64,000 nucleotides of DNA from Escherichia coli (GCF_003018255.1 NZ_CP027440.1); one strand, 5' to 3'; shown: positions 12,494-24,436, numbered from the stretch's first letter. A program made the numbers and translations. The notes: a model not told the origin generated them from the letters alone.

Positions 12494-13888
12494 TTGAGCC
12501 GTTTCGTTCCTCGCATTATTCCGTTTTATTTACTCTTGCTGGCGGCAGGCGGTACAGCTAACGCACAATCTACCTTCGAGCAAAAAGCGGCAAATCCCTT
12601 TGATAATAACAATGATGGTCTGCCGGATTTAGGCATGGCACCTGAAAATCATGATGGGGAAAAACACTTTGCTGAAATTGTGAAAGATTTCGGCGAAACC
12701 AGTATGAATGATAACGGGCTGGATACTGGCGAGCAGGCAAAAGCTTTCGCATTGGGAAAAGTCCGCGACGCGTTTAGTCAACAGGTTAATCAGCACGTAG
12801 AGTCGTGGCTATCAGCGTGGGGAAATGCCAGTGTTGACGTCAAAGTGGATAACGAAGGACATTTCACCGGCAGTCGTGGAAGCTGGTTTGTGCCGTTACA
12901 AGATAATGATCGTTATCTCACCTGGAGCCAGCTTGGTCTTACTCAGCAGGATGATGGGCTGGTGAGCAATGTGGGCGTTGGGCAACGCTGGGCGCGCGGC
13001 AGCTGGCTGGTGGGTTATAACACTTTTTATGACAACTTGCTGGACGAAAATCTTCAGCGAGCGGGCTTCGGTGCCGAAGCGTGGGGCGAATATTTGCGAC
13101 TATCGGCAAACTTTTATCAGCCGTTTGCTGCATGGCATGAACAGACAGCCACGCAGGAACAACGGATGGCGCGCGGGTACGACCTGACAGCCCGGATGCG
13201 CATGCCGTTTTATCAACACCTCAATACCAGTGTCAGCGTAGAACAGTATTTTGGTGATCGTGTTGATTTGTTTAACTCTGGTACGGGTTATCACAATCCC
13301 GTCGCGTTGAGTCTGGGATTAAATTATACCCCAGTGCCATTAGTCACTGTGACGGCCCAGCATAAACAGGGTGAAAGTGGCGAAAATCAAAATAACCTCG
13401 GGCTGAATCTTAATTACCGCTTTGGTGTACCGCTCAAAAAACAACTTTCTGCGGGCGAGGTTGCCGAAAGTCAGTCGTTACGTGGTAGTCGCTATGACAA
13501 TCCGCAGCGAAATAATCTACCGACTCTTGAGTACCGACAGCGAAAAACGTTAACGGTGTTTCTGGCGACACCGCCGTGGGATCTAAAACCTGGCGAAACA
13601 GTGCCGCTGAAATTACAAATCCGCAGTCGTTACGGTATTCGGCAACTGATTTGGCAGGGCGATACGCAGATATTAAGTTTGACGCCGGGCGCACAAGCCA
13701 ACAGTGAGGAGGGCTGGACGCTGATCATGCCTGACTGGCAAAACGGGGAAGGCGCAAGCAATCACTGGCGATTGTCAGTGGTGGTGGAAGATAACCAGGG
13801 GCAGCGTGTCTCCTCCAATGAGATCACGCTAACGCTTGTCGAACCGTTCGACGCATTGTCAAACGACGAACTGCGCTGGGAACCGTAA
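12494..13888 (+). CDS. ychO: Putative invasin/intimin-like outer-membrane protein YchO
   Basis: The ORF has a signal peptide (RIIPFYLLLLAAGGTANAQ) and beta-barrel-like repeats. The TTG at 12494 matches the K-12 start as remembered, but the start is uncertain (the track ORF begins at 12458). Confidence 0.85.
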   Translation: MSRFVPRIIPFYLLLLAAGGTANAQSTFEQKAANPFDNNNDGLPDLGMAPENHDGEKHFAEIVKDFGETSMNDNGLDTGEQAKAFALGKVRDAFSQQVNQHVESWLSAWGNASVDVKVDNEGHFTGSRGSWFVPLQDNDRYLTWSQLGLTQQDDGLVSNVGVGQRWARGSWLVGYNTFYDNLLDENLQRAGFGAEAWGEYLRLSANFYQPFAAWHEQTATQEQRMARGYDLTARMRMPFYQHLNTSVSVEQYFGDRVDLFNSGTGYHNPVALSLGLNYTPVPLVTVTAQHKQGESGENQNNLGLNLNYRFGVPLKKQLSAGEVAESQSLRGSRYDNPQRNNLPTLEYRQRKTLTVFLATPPWDLKPGETVPLKLQIRSRYGIRQLIWQGDTQILSLTPGAQANSEEGWTLIMPDWQNGEGASNHWRLSVVVEDNQGQRVSSNEITLTLVEPFDALSNDELRWEP

Positions 13889-14539
13889 TCAGAAAATGCG
13901 CTCCTGATGCACCCATACCGCAGCTTCCACGCGAGACTTTAGCTTCATTTTCTTCAGCATGTGCTTGACGTGAACTTTTACTGTGCTTTCGGTGATGTCC
14001 AGGCGGCGGGCAATCATCTTGTTCGGCAAACCCTGGGCAATTAGCTTGAGAATATCGCGCTCGCGTGGGGTTAACTGGTTAACATCGCGCTCAGTAGTGG
14101 CACGGTTAGCGCGCAAGCTGGCGGCCAGAACAGGCGTTAATGCTTCGCTTAATACCATTTCGCCAGCAGCTGCCTGATGTAACGCTTTCAGCAGATCTTC
14201 CGGTTCCATATCTTTTAACAGATAGCCATCCGCGCCGCGTTTCAGTGCGGTGACCACATCTTCTTCATGGTTAGAGACGCTGAATACCACAATGCGCCCG
14301 GAGAGGGACTTTTCGCGCAGTTTATCCAGCGTTTCCAGACCGTTCATGCCGGGCATATTGAGATCTAACAGGATCAGATCGGGATCAAGAGACTCCGCCA
14401 GTTCAATACCCTGTTCGCCATTACTCGCTTCGCCAACCACGGTGATATCTGGTGCCATACTGATAAGCTGTTTTACGCCAGTTCGCAGCATCGGGTGATC
14501 GTCAATCAGCAGGATAGTAGCCGGTTCCTGATTACTCAT
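13889..14539 (-). CDS. narL: Nitrate/nitrite response regulator NarL
   Basis: The ATG at 14539 ([21 protein letters not shown]..) gives the 216-aa NarL with a LuxR-type HTH at the C-terminus. Confidence 0.96.
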
Positions 14540-16328
14540 GGGTATCTCCTTGGACGTCTGTGAAAGTTTTTTCGGGAATAAAGGTGACCACCACTTCGGT
14601 GCCACCTGATTCACGACGGCGGACGCGGCAATCGCCCCGTAAACTTTGCGCACGGTCGCGCATTATTATCATGCCGTAGTGATTGCTGCGGATGGCATTT
14701 TCAGGCACGCCGCAGCCGTTATCCTGGACGGTCAGTTTGACCTGATTATCGTTTTGCGCCACTGTCACCACGACCTCACTCGCTTGCGAATGTTTGAGGG
14801 CGTTACTTAATGCCTCACGGGCAATTTGCAACAGATGGATTGCCTGATGCGAAGGCACCAGACGAGGCGGCAATTGATAATCCAGCTTCACCGGGAAGCC
14901 AAACCTGGCGCTGTACTCTTCGCAACTCGCCTCCAGCGCCGGACGTAATCCAGGCTCGGTGAGCTGCAAGCGGAATGTGGTGAGCAATTCACGCAACTGC
15001 GCCCAGGATGCATTCAGTTCGTTACGGATCTGACTTAACAGTTCGCGGCTGCTTTCTGGCAGCGCATCGCCCTGCATCTGTAAACAACTCACCTGCATCT
15101 TCATGCAAGAGAGAGATTGGGCAATAGAATCATGCAGTTCGCGCGCAATGGTGGCACGCTCTTCCATCACGATCAACTGTTGCTGACGTTCCTGATGGCG
15201 ATCCAGCGCAAGCGTGGCGGTGAGTTGTTCAACCAGGGTATCCACCAGTTGTTGTTGATCATGACTAAGATGACGCCCCTGCGGCAGGGTTGCCAGCAAA
15301 ATACCGTACTGCGTATGAGAGTCAGCCAGCCGCCACTTCAGGGTTGTGCCGCGATCGCCAACGGGGAGTACACCGCGCGGGCAGAGCTGACAGCCTTTAT
15401 CATCGCAGGTCATATCTGGCTGGCAGGTAAACTCCTGATGATTCTCTTCATCATCAGTGTCATACACCCGCAGTTCGATATCACGTAGCAGGGTTAAATT
15501 CTGTAAGCCGTTGAGTACAGGTGACAAGCGTTCACACAGCGGGGCGCGGGAATGCAAACGGCGGTTAGCCTGCCATAAAAAAGAGAGGATCTGATTTTTA
15601 TGCTCCAGCCCGGCGGTTTTCTCCTGAACCCGCTGCTCAAGTACGGCATAACTTTCGGCCAGTTCTGCAGACATATTGTTCAACGCAGTTCCAAGCATCG
15701 CCATTTCGTTGCGCCCGCTGATGTTCGCGCGTTGGGTAAAATCGCGATGACTGACGGCACTCGCCATTGCCAGCAATTGCCGCCACGGTTGTAGCAGTCG
15801 CGCCCGCAACCAGATAATAGTGAACACCAGTAAAAGTGCCATAAATACCGCCATTACCCGATGGACCAGTACCACTGTCTCAATGCGCATTTCCGTGGTG
15901 CGGTCAAAACCAGATACCAGCTGATCAAGCCCGGCAACAAACTGGCTGACATCCGCTGACACCGTTTCGCGGTTTTGAGCACGCATCAGCGTAGGGATCA
16001 GTTCATTACGCCAGTAATCTTGTAAACCCTGTAATTGCGCCAGTTGTCCGTCTCGTTCTGCTGCTCGGGTTAACTCGGCGCTAAATGCCGTTTGTTCCAT
16101 TTCTTTAATTAAGGGCTTGTCTTTCTCGCTTAATGGCACTGCTGCCAACAGACGGTAACTTTGCATGCGCAGCGATCCCGCTTTGTTGATCGCATGGGCG
16201 CTGCCCTGAACGCCTTGCACTAGCCAGCCAGAAACTGCCATCCCTGCCAGTCCAATAGCAGTAGAAAGCAACACAATAAGCGCAACCTGATTAACCAGGG
16301 TGAGCGGAGAGAGACAACGTTTAAGCAT
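14532..16328 (-). CDS. narX: Nitrate/nitrite sensor histidine kinase NarX
   Basis: 598-aa ORF with two TM segments, HAMP, an H-box ([15 protein letters not shown]) and an ATPase domain. It overlaps narL by 8 nt. Confidence 0.96.
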
Positions 16329-16424
16329 GTAAACCTCTTCCTTCAGGCTTTAAATGAGCAATAACCTTAATGAATGTGACGATACATTCTGGAATGGCAG
16401 TATTCTCGGCTATTGGCTGAAGTA

Positions 16425-16451
16425 TACCCATACCCGGAAAGAGTTACTCCT
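16425..16451 (+). promoter_or_regulatory. NarL heptamers (TACCCAT, TACTCCT) upstream of narK
   Basis: Two matches to the NarL consensus TACYYMT, at 16425-31 and 16445-51, in the narX-narK intergenic region. Confidence 0.5.
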
Positions 16452-16593
16452 TATTTGCCGTGTGGTTAGTCGCTTTACATCGGTAAGGGTAGGGATTTTA
16501 CAGCACCGTGAAAAATCTCATAATTTTTATGAAATCACTGTACTCACTATGGATAATGATAAATATCAATGATAGATAAAGTTATCTTATCGT

Positions 16594-16607
16594 TTGATTT
16601 ACATCAA
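16594..16607 (+). promoter_or_regulatory. FNR box of the narK promoter
   Basis: Perfect TTGAT-TTAC-ATCAA, about 60 nt upstream of the narK start. Confidence 0.75.
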
Positions 16608-16666
16608 ATTGCCTTTAGCTACAGACACTAAGGTGGCAGACATCGAAACGAGTATCAGAGGTGTCT

Positions 16667-18058
16667 ATGAGTCACTCATCCGCCCCCGAAAGGGCTACTG
16701 GAGCTGTCATTACAGATTGGCGACCGGAAGATCCTGCGTTCTGGCAACAACGCGGTCAACGTATTGCCAGCCGCAACCTGTGGATTTCCGTTCCCTGTCT
16801 GTTGCTGGCGTTTTGCGTATGGATGTTGTTCAGCGCTGTTGCGGTGAACTTACCGAAAGTCGGTTTTAATTTTACGACCGATCAGCTATTTATGTTGACT
16901 GCGCTGCCTTCGGTTTCTGGCGCGTTATTACGTGTTCCATACTCCTTTATGGTTCCTATCTTTGGTGGTCGTCGCTGGACGGCGTTCAGCACCGGTATTC
17001 TGATTATTCCTTGCGTCTGGCTGGGTTTTGCCGTGCAGGATACCTCCACGCCTTATAGCGTCTTCATCATCATTTCTCTGCTGTGCGGCTTTGCTGGCGC
17101 GAACTTCGCATCCAGTATGGCAAACATCAGCTTCTTCTTTCCGAAACAGAAGCAGGGTGGCGCGCTGGGTCTGAATGGTGGTCTGGGCAACATGGGCGTC
17201 AGCGTCATGCAGTTGGTTGCTCCGCTGGTGGTATCACTGTCGATTTTCGCAGTATTTGGTAGCCAGGGCGTCAAACAGCCGGATGGGACTGAGCTGTATC
17301 TGGCGAATGCGTCCTGGATATGGGTGCCGTTCCTTGCCATCTTCACCATTGCGGCGTGGTTTGGCATGAACGATCTTGCTACCTCGAAAGCCTCCATCAA
17401 GGAGCAGTTGCCGGTACTCAAACGGGGTCATCTGTGGATTATGAGCCTGCTGTATCTGGCAACCTTCGGCTCCTTCATCGGCTTCTCCGCGGGCTTTGCG
17501 ATGCTGTCAAAAACGCAGTTCCCGGATGTTCAGATTCTGCAATACGCTTTCTTCGGGCCGTTTATTGGTGCGCTGGCGCGTTCTGCAGGTGGTGCATTAT
17601 CTGACCGTCTGGGCGGAACTCGTGTCACTCTGGTGAACTTTATCCTGATGGCGATTTTCAGCGGCCTGCTGTTCCTGACCTTACCGACTGACGGACAGGG
17701 CGGAAGCTTCATGGCGTTCTTCGCAGTCTTCCTGGCGCTGTTCCTGACCGCTGGGCTGGGTAGTGGTTCCACTTTCCAGATGATTTCCGTGATCTTCCGT
17801 AAACTGACAATGGATCGTGTGAAAGCAGAAGGGGGTTCTGACGAACGTGCGATGCGTGAAGCGGCAACCGACACGGCGGCGGCGCTGGGTTTCATCTCTG
17901 CGATTGGCGCGATTGGTGGCTTCTTTATCCCGAAAGCGTTTGGTAGCTCGCTGGCATTAACGGGTTCGCCAGTCGGCGCAATGAAAGTATTTTTGATTTT
18001 CTATATCGCCTGCGTGGTGATTACCTGGGCGGTATATGGTCGGCATTCTAAAAAATAA
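16667..18058 (+). CDS. narK: Nitrate/nitrite antiporter NarK (MFS)
   Basis: The ATG at 16667 (MSHSSAPERATGAVITDW..) gives the 463-aa NarK. It is a polytopic MFS protein. Confidence 0.95.
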   Translation: MSHSSAPERATGAVITDWRPEDPAFWQQRGQRIASRNLWISVPCLLLAFCVWMLFSAVAVNLPKVGFNFTTDQLFMLTALPSVSGALLRVPYSFMVPIFGGRRWTAFSTGILIIPCVWLGFAVQDTSTPYSVFIIISLLCGFAGANFASSMANISFFFPKQKQGGALGLNGGLGNMGVSVMQLVAPLVVSLSIFAVFGSQGVKQPDGTELYLANASWIWVPFLAIFTIAAWFGMNDLATSKASIKEQLPVLKRGHLWIMSLLYLATFGSFIGFSAGFAMLSKTQFPDVQILQYAFFGPFIGALARSAGGALSDRLGGTRVTLVNFILMAIFSGLLFLTLPTDGQGGSFMAFFAVFLALFLTAGLGSGSTFQMISVIFRKLTMDRVKAEGGSDERAMREAATDTAAALGFISAIGAIGGFFIPKAFGSSLALTGSPVGAMKVFLIFYIACVVITWAVYGRHSKK

Positions 18059-18182
18059 ATCGTAATATTTGATTATCCTTTGCGCGGCATGATGTCGCGC
18101 TTTTTTTATGCGTCATTTAGTTACAACATACTAATGTTGTATGGCTTATTTCGCTGGATTTCATTAAGAGTCATTAATATGT

Positions 18183-18212
18183 TACCCATGGGGAATACTC
18201 CTTAATACCCAT
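18183..18212 (+). promoter_or_regulatory. NarL heptamer cluster upstream of narG
   Basis: TACCCAT (18183-89), TACTCCT (18196-202) and TACCCAT (18206-12), about 250 nt upstream of narG. This is consistent with the known distal NarL region. Confidence 0.6.
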
Positions 18213-18345
18213 CTGCATAAAAATCTTAATAGTTTAAATAACTACAGGTATAAAACGTCTTAATTTACAGCGTGTTATGCCGTAACCGCTAATTATCCTA
18301 AAGGGGTATCTTAGGAATTTACTTTATTTTTCATCCCCATCACTC

Positions 18346-18359
18346 TTGATCGTTATCAA
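18346..18359 (+). promoter_or_regulatory. FNR box of the narG promoter
   Basis: Perfect TTGAT-CGTT-ATCAA, about 90 nt upstream of the narG ATG. Confidence 0.8.
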
Positions 18360-18450
18360 TTCTCACGCTGTTTCAGAGCGTTACCTTGCCCTTAAACATT
18401 AGCAATGTCGATTTATCAGAGGGCCGACAGGCTCCCACAGGAGAAAACCG

Positions 18451-21400
18451 ATGAGTAAATTCCTGGACCGGTTTCGCTACTTCAAACAGAAGGGTGAAAC
18501 CTTTGCCGATGGGCATGGCCAGCTTCTCAATACCAACCGTGACTGGGAGGATGGATATCGCCAGCGTTGGCAGCATGACAAAATCGTCCGCTCTACCCAC
18601 GGGGTAAACTGCACCGGCTCCTGCAGCTGGAAAATCTACGTCAAAAACGGTCTGGTGACCTGGGAAACCCAGCAGACTGACTATCCGCGTACTCGCCCGG
18701 ACCTGCCAAACCATGAACCTCGCGGCTGCCCGCGCGGTGCCAGCTACTCCTGGTATCTTTACAGCGCCAACCGCCTGAAATACCCAATGATGCGCAAACG
18801 CCTGATGAAAATGTGGCGTGAAGCGAAGGCGCTGCATAGCGATCCGGTTGAGGCATGGGCTTCTATCATTGAAGACGCCGATAAAGCGAAAAGCTTTAAG
18901 CAGGCGCGTGGACGCGGTGGTTTTGTTCGTTCTTCCTGGCAGGAAGTGAATGAACTGATCGCCGCCTCTAACGTTTACACCATCAAAAACTACGGCCCGG
19001 ACCGCGTCGCTGGCTTCTCGCCAATTCCGGCAATGTCGATGGTTTCTTACGCATCGGGTGCACGCTATCTTTCGCTGATTGGCGGTACTTGCTTAAGCTT
19101 CTACGACTGGTACTGCGACCTGCCTCCTGCGTCTCCGCAAACCTGGGGCGAGCAAACTGACGTACCGGAATCTGCTGACTGGTACAACTCCAGCTACATC
19201 ATCGCCTGGGGTTCAAACGTGCCGCAGACGCGTACCCCGGATGCTCACTTCTTTACTGAAGTGCGTTACAAAGGCACCAAAACTGTTGCCGTCACACCAG
19301 ACTACGCTGAAATCGCCAAACTGTGCGATCTGTGGCTGGCACCGAAACAGGGCACCGATGCGGCAATGGCGCTGGCGATGGGCCACGTAATGCTGCGTGA
19401 ATTCCACCTCGACAACCCAAGCCAGTATTTCACCGACTATGTGCGCCGCTACACCGACATGCCGATGCTGGTGATGCTGGAAGAGCGCGACGGTTACTAC
19501 GCTGCGGGTCGTATGCTGCGCGCTGCTGATCTGGTGGATGCGCTGGGCCAGGAAAACAATCCGGAATGGAAAACTGTCGCCTTTAATACCAATGGCGAAA
19601 TGGTTGCGCCGAACGGTTCTATTGGCTTCCGCTGGGGCGAGAAGGGCAAATGGAATCTTGAGCAGCGCGACGGCAAAACTGGCGAAGAAACCGAGCTGCA
19701 ACTGAGCCTGCTGGGTAGCCAGGATGAGATCGCTGAGGTGGGCTTCCCGTACTTTGGTGGCGATGGCACGGAACACTTCAACAAAGTGGAACTGGAAAAC
19801 GTGCTGCTGCATAAGCTGCCGGTGAAACGCCTGCAACTGGCTGATGGCAGCACCGCCCTGGTGACCACCGTTTATGATCTGACGCTGGCAAACTACGGTC
19901 TGGAACGTGGCCTGAACGACGTTAACTGTGCAACCAGCTATGACGATGTGAAAGCTTACACCCCTGCCTGGGCAGAGCAGATTACCGGCGTTTCTCGCAG
20001 CCAGATTATTCGCATCGCCCGTGAATTTGCCGATAACGCTGATAAAACGCACGGTCGTTCGATGATTATCGTCGGCGCTGGGCTGAACCACTGGTATCAC
20101 CTGGACATGAACTATCGTGGTCTGATCAACATGCTGATTTTCTGCGGTTGTGTCGGTCAGAGCGGGGGCGGCTGGGCGCACTATGTAGGTCAGGAAAAAC
20201 TGCGTCCGCAAACCGGCTGGCAGCCGCTGGCGTTTGCCCTCGACTGGCAGCGTCCGGCGCGTCACATGAACAGTACCTCTTATTTCTATAACCACTCCAG
20301 CCAGTGGCGTTATGAAACCGTGACTGCGGAAGAACTGCTGTCGCCGATGGCGGATAAATCTCGCTATACCGGACACTTGATCGACTTTAACGTCCGTGCA
20401 GAACGCATGGGCTGGCTGCCGTCTGCGCCGCAGTTAGGCACTAACCCGCTGACTATCGCTCGCGAAGCAGAAAAAGCCGGGATGAATCCGGTGGACTATA
20501 CGGTGAAATCCCTGAAAGAGGGTTCTATCCGTTTCGCTGCGGAACAGCCGGAAAACGGTAAAAACCACCCGCGTAATCTGTTCATCTGGCGTTCTAACCT
20601 GCTCGGTTCTTCCGGTAAAGGTCATGAGTTTATGCTCAAGTACCTGCTGGGGACGGAGCACGGTATCCAGGGCAAAGACCTGGGGCAGCAGGGCGGCGTG
20701 AAGCCGGAAGAAGTGGACTGGCAGGACAACGGTCTGGAAGGCAAGCTGGATCTGGTGGTGACGCTGGACTTCCGTCTGTCGAGCACCTGTCTCTATTCCG
20801 ACATCATTTTGCCGACGGCGACCTGGTACGAAAAAGACGATATGAATACTTCGGATATGCATCCGTTTATTCACCCGCTGTCTGCGGCGGTCGATCCGGC
20901 CTGGGAAGCGAAAAGCGACTGGGAAATCTACAAAGCCATCGCGAAGAAATTCTCCGAAGTGTGCGTTGGTCATCTGGGTAAAGAAACTGACATCGTCACG
21001 CTGCCTATCCAGCACGACTCTGCCGCTGAACTGGCGCAACCGCTGGATGTGAAAGACTGGAAAAAAGGCGAATGCGACCTGATCCCAGGTAAAACTGCAC
21101 CGCACATTATGGTCGTAGAGCGCGATTATCCAGCAACTTACGAACGCTTTACCTCTATCGGCCCGCTGATGGAGAAAATCGGTAACGGCGGTAAAGGGAT
21201 TGCCTGGAACACCCAGAGCGAGATGGATCTGCTGCGTAAGCTCAACTACACCAAAGCGGAAGGTCCGGCAAAAGGCCAGCCGATGCTCAATACCGCAATT
21301 GATGCGGCAGAGATGATCCTGACGCTGGCACCGGAAACCAATGGTCAGGTAGCTGTAAAAGCCTGGGCTGCCCTGAGCGAGTTTACCGGCCGTGACCATA

Positions 21401-22194
21401 CGCATCTGGCGCTGAATAAAGAAGACGAGAAGATTCGCTTCCGCGATATTCAGGCACAGCCGCGCAAAATCATCTCCAGCCCGACATGGTCTGGCCTTGA
21501 AGATGAACACGTTTCTTACAACGCCGGTTACACCAACGTTCACGAGCTGATCCCGTGGCGTACGCTCTCTGGCCGTCAGCAGCTGTATCAGGATCACCAA
21601 TGGATGCGTGATTTCGGTGAAAGCCTGCTGGTTTATCGTCCGCCGATCGACACCCGTTCGGTGAAAGAAGTGATGGGCCAGAAATCCAATGGCAACCCGG
21701 AAAAAGCGCTCAACTTCCTGACGCCACACCAGAAGTGGGGTATCCACTCCACCTACAGCGACAACCTGCTGATGCTGACTTTAGGTCGCGGTGGTCCGGT
21801 GGTCTGGCTGAGTGAAGCCGATGCCAAAGAGCTGGGTATCGCCGATAACGACTGGATTGAAGTCTTCAACAGCAACGGTGCACTGACTGCCCGTGCGGTT
21901 GTCAGCCAGCGTGTTCCGGCAGGGATGACCATGATGTACCACGCGCAGGAACGTATCGTTAACCTGCCTGGTTCGGAAATTACCCAACAGCGTGGTGGTA
22001 TCCATAACTCGGTCACCCGTATCACGCCGAAACCGACGCATATGATCGGCGGCTATGCCCATCTGGCATATGGCTTTAACTACTACGGCACCGTAGGTTC
22101 TAACCGCGATGAGTTTGTTGTAGTGCGTAAGATGAAGAACATTGACTGGTTAGATGGCGAAGGCAATGACCAGGTACAGGAGAGCGTAAAATGA
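18451..22194 (+). CDS. narG: Respiratory nitrate reductase A, alpha subunit
   Basis: 1247-aa ORF with the N-terminal HGVNCTGSCSW FeS motif and molybdopterin oxidoreductase features. Confidence 0.98.
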   Translation: MSKFLDRFRYFKQKGETFADGHGQLLNTNRDWEDGYRQRWQHDKIVRSTHGVNCTGSCSWKIYVKNGLVTWETQQTDYPRTRPDLPNHEPRGCPRGASYSWYLYSANRLKYPMMRKRLMKMWREAKALHSDPVEAWASIIEDADKAKSFKQARGRGGFVRSSWQEVNELIAASNVYTIKNYGPDRVAGFSPIPAMSMVSYASGARYLSLIGGTCLSFYDWYCDLPPASPQTWGEQTDVPESADWYNSSYIIAWGSNVPQTRTPDAHFFTEVRYKGTKTVAVTPDYAEIAKLCDLWLAPKQGTDAAMALAMGHVMLREFHLDNPSQYFTDYVRRYTDMPMLVMLEERDGYYAAGRMLRAADLVDALGQENNPEWKTVAFNTNGEMVAPNGSIGFRWGEKGKWNLEQRDGKTGEETELQLSLLGSQDEIAEVGFPYFGGDGTEHFNKVELENVLLHKLPVKRLQLADGSTALVTTVYDLTLANYGLERGLNDVNCATSYDDVKAYTPAWAEQITGVSRSQIIRIAREFADNADKTHGRSMIIVGAGLNHWYHLDMNYRGLINMLIFCGCVGQSGGGWAHYVGQEKLRPQTGWQPLAFALDWQRPARHMNSTSYFYNHSSQWRYETVTAEELLSPMADKSRYTGHLIDFNVRAERMGWLPSAPQLGTNPLTIAREAEKAGMNPVDYTVKSLKEGSIRFAAEQPENGKNHPRNLFIWRSNLLGSSGKGHEFMLKYLLGTEHGIQGKDLGQQGGVKPEEVDWQDNGLEGKLDLVVTLDFRLSSTCLYSDIILPTATWYEKDDMNTSDMHPFIHPLSAAVDPAWEAKSDWEIYKAIAKKFSEVCVGHLGKETDIVTLPIQHDSAAELAQPLDVKDWKKGECDLIPGKTAPHIMVVERDYPATYERFTSIGPLMEKIGNGGKGIAWNTQSEMDLLRKLNYTKAEGPAKGQPMLNTAIDAAEMILTLAPETNGQVAVKAWAALSEFTGRDHTHLALNKEDEKIRFRDIQAQPRKIISSPTWSGLEDEHVSYNAGYTNVHELIPWRTLSGRQQLYQDHQWMRDFGESLLVYRPPIDTRSVKEVMGQKSNGNPEKALNFLTPHQKWGIHSTYSDNLLMLTLGRGGPVVWLSEADAKELGIADNDWIEVFNSNGALTARAVVSQRVPAGMTMMYHAQERIVNLPGSEITQQRGGIHNSVTRITPKPTHMIGGYAHLAYGFNYYGTVGSNRDEFVVVRKMKNIDWLDGEGNDQVQESVK

Positions 22195-23729
22195 AAATTC
22201 GTTCACAAGTCGGCATGGTGCTGAATCTCGATAAGTGCATCGGCTGCCACACCTGTTCAGTGACCTGTAAAAACGTCTGGACCAGCCGTGAAGGCGTGGA
22301 ATACGCGTGGTTCAACAACGTGGAAACCAAGCCGGGCCAGGGCTTCCCGACTGACTGGGAAAACCAGGAAAAATACAAAGGCGGCTGGATCCGTAAAATC
22401 AACGGCAAACTGCAGCCGCGCATGGGTAACCGTGCCATGCTGCTGGGTAAAATCTTCGCTAACCCGCATCTGCCGGGGATCGACGATTATTACGAGCCGT
22501 TCGATTTTGATTATCAGAACCTGCATACCGCGCCGGAAGGCAGCAAATCACAGCCGATTGCCCGTCCGCGTTCACTGATTACCGGCGAACGGATGGCGAA
22601 AATCGAAAAAGGGCCGAACTGGGAAGATGACCTGGGCGGTGAGTTTGACAAGCTGGCGAAAGACAAGAACTTCGACAACATCCAGAAGGCGATGTATAGC
22701 CAGTTCGAAAACACCTTCATGATGTATTTGCCGCGCCTGTGCGAACACTGTCTGAACCCGGCATGTGTGGCGACCTGCCCGAGCGGTGCGATTTACAAGC
22801 GTGAAGAAGATGGCATCGTCCTGATCGACCAGGATAAATGCCGTGGCTGGCGTATGTGCATCACCGGATGCCCGTACAAAAAAATCTACTTCAACTGGAA
22901 GAGCGGTAAGTCTGAGAAGTGCATCTTCTGCTATCCGCGTATTGAAGCCGGCCAGCCGACAATATGTTCAGAAACCTGTGTCGGTCGTATCCGTTATCTT
23001 GGCGTGCTGCTGTACGATGCCGACGCGATTGAACGTGCGGCAAGTACCGAGAACGAGAAAGATCTCTACCAGCGTCAGCTGGATGTGTTCCTCGATCCGA
23101 ACGATCCGAAAGTCATCGAGCAGGCGATTAAAGACGGTATTCCGCTGAGCGTTATTGAGGCTGCACAGCAGTCGCCAGTTTATAAAATGGCGATGGAATG
23201 GAAACTGGCGCTGCCGCTGCATCCGGAATATCGCACACTGCCGATGGTCTGGTACGTGCCGCCTCTGTCGCCGATTCAGTCTGCGGCAGACGCGGGTGAA
23301 CTGGGCAGCAACGGCATTCTGCCAGACGTCGAAAGCCTGCGTATTCCGGTACAGTATCTGGCGAATCTGCTGACCGCCGGTGATACCAAACCGGTACTGC
23401 GCGCGCTGAAACGTATGCTGGCGATGCGTCATTACAAACGTGCTGAAACCGTTGACGGTAAAGTCGATACCCGTGCGCTGGAAGAGGTCGGTCTGACCGA
23501 AGCCCAGGCACAGGAGATGTATCGTTATCTGGCTATTGCCAACTACGAAGATCGCTTTGTGGTGCCGAGCAGTCATCGTGAACTGGCGCGGGAAGCCTTC
23601 CCGGAGAAAAATGGCTGCGGCTTTACCTTTGGTGATGGCTGCCACGGTTCAGATACCAAATTCAATCTGTTTAACAGCCGTCGTATCGATGCCATCGACG
23701 TGACCAGTAAAACGGAGCCGCACCCATGA
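22191..23729 (+). CDS. narH: Nitrate reductase A, beta (FeS) subunit
   Basis: 512-aa ORF with multiple CxxCxxC ferredoxin motifs. 4-nt overlap with narG. Confidence 0.98.
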   Translation: MKIRSQVGMVLNLDKCIGCHTCSVTCKNVWTSREGVEYAWFNNVETKPGQGFPTDWENQEKYKGGWIRKINGKLQPRMGNRAMLLGKIFANPHLPGIDDYYEPFDFDYQNLHTAPEGSKSQPIARPRSLITGERMAKIEKGPNWEDDLGGEFDKLAKDKNFDNIQKAMYSQFENTFMMYLPRLCEHCLNPACVATCPSGAIYKREEDGIVLIDQDKCRGWRMCITGCPYKKIYFNWKSGKSEKCIFCYPRIEAGQPTICSETCVGRIRYLGVLLYDADAIERAASTENEKDLYQRQLDVFLDPNDPKVIEQAIKDGIPLSVIEAAQQSPVYKMAMEWKLALPLHPEYRTLPMVWYVPPLSPIQSAADAGELGSNGILPDVESLRIPVQYLANLLTAGDTKPVLRALKRMLAMRHYKRAETVDGKVDTRALEEVGLTEAQAQEMYRYLAIANYEDRFVVPSSHRELAREAFPEKNGCGFTFGDGCHGSDTKFNLFNSRRIDAIDVTSKTEPHP

Positions 23730-24436
23730 TCGAACTCGTGATTGTATCGCGTCTCCTTGAATATCCGGATGCTGCCTTATGGCAGCATCAACAAGAGATG
23801 TTTGAGGCGATTGCCGCGTCGAAAAATCTGCCAAAAGAGGATGCCCATGCGCTGGGCATTTTCCTGCGCGATTTAACGACGATGGATCCGCTCGATGCCC
23901 AGGCGCAGTACAGCGAACTGTTCGACCGTGGCCGCGCCACGTCACTGTTGCTATTTGAACATGTTCACGGTGAATCCCGTGACCGCGGCCAGGCGATGGT
24001 GGATCTGCTGGCGCAGTACGAGCAGCACGGCTTGCAGTTAAACAGCCGCGAATTGCCCGACCATCTGCCGCTGTATCTGGAGTACCTGGCGCAGCTGCCG
24101 CAAAGCGAAGCCGTGGAGGGTTTGAAAGATATTGCGCCGATTCTGGCATTGCTGAGCGCGCGTCTGCAACAGCGTGAAAGCCGTTATGCCGTGCTGTTTG
24201 ATCTGCTGCTGAAACTGGCGAATACCGCCATCGACAGCGACAAAGTGGCGGAAAAAATTGCCGATGAAGCGCGCGACGATACGCCGCAGGCGCTGGATGC
24301 AGTCTGGGAAGAAGAGCAGGTTAAATTCTTTGCTGAAAAAGGCTGCGGTGATTCAGCAATCACTGCTCATCAGCGTCGCTTTGCCGGTGCCGTCGCGCCG
24401 CAATATCTGAATATCACCACCGGAGGACAGCACTAA
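23726..24436 (+). CDS. narJ: Nitrate reductase assembly chaperone
   Basis: 236-aa ORF with a 4-nt overlap with narH. Operon position supports it. Confidence 0.96.
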   Translation: MIELVIVSRLLEYPDAALWQHQQEMFEAIAASKNLPKEDAHALGIFLRDLTTMDPLDAQAQYSELFDRGRATSLLLFEHVHGESRDRGQAMVDLLAQYEQHGLQLNSRELPDHLPLYLEYLAQLPQSEAVEGLKDIAPILALLSARLQQRESRYAVLFDLLLKLANTAIDSDKVAEKIADEARDDTPQALDAVWEEEQVKFFAEKGCGDSAITAHQRRFAGAVAPQYLNITTGGQH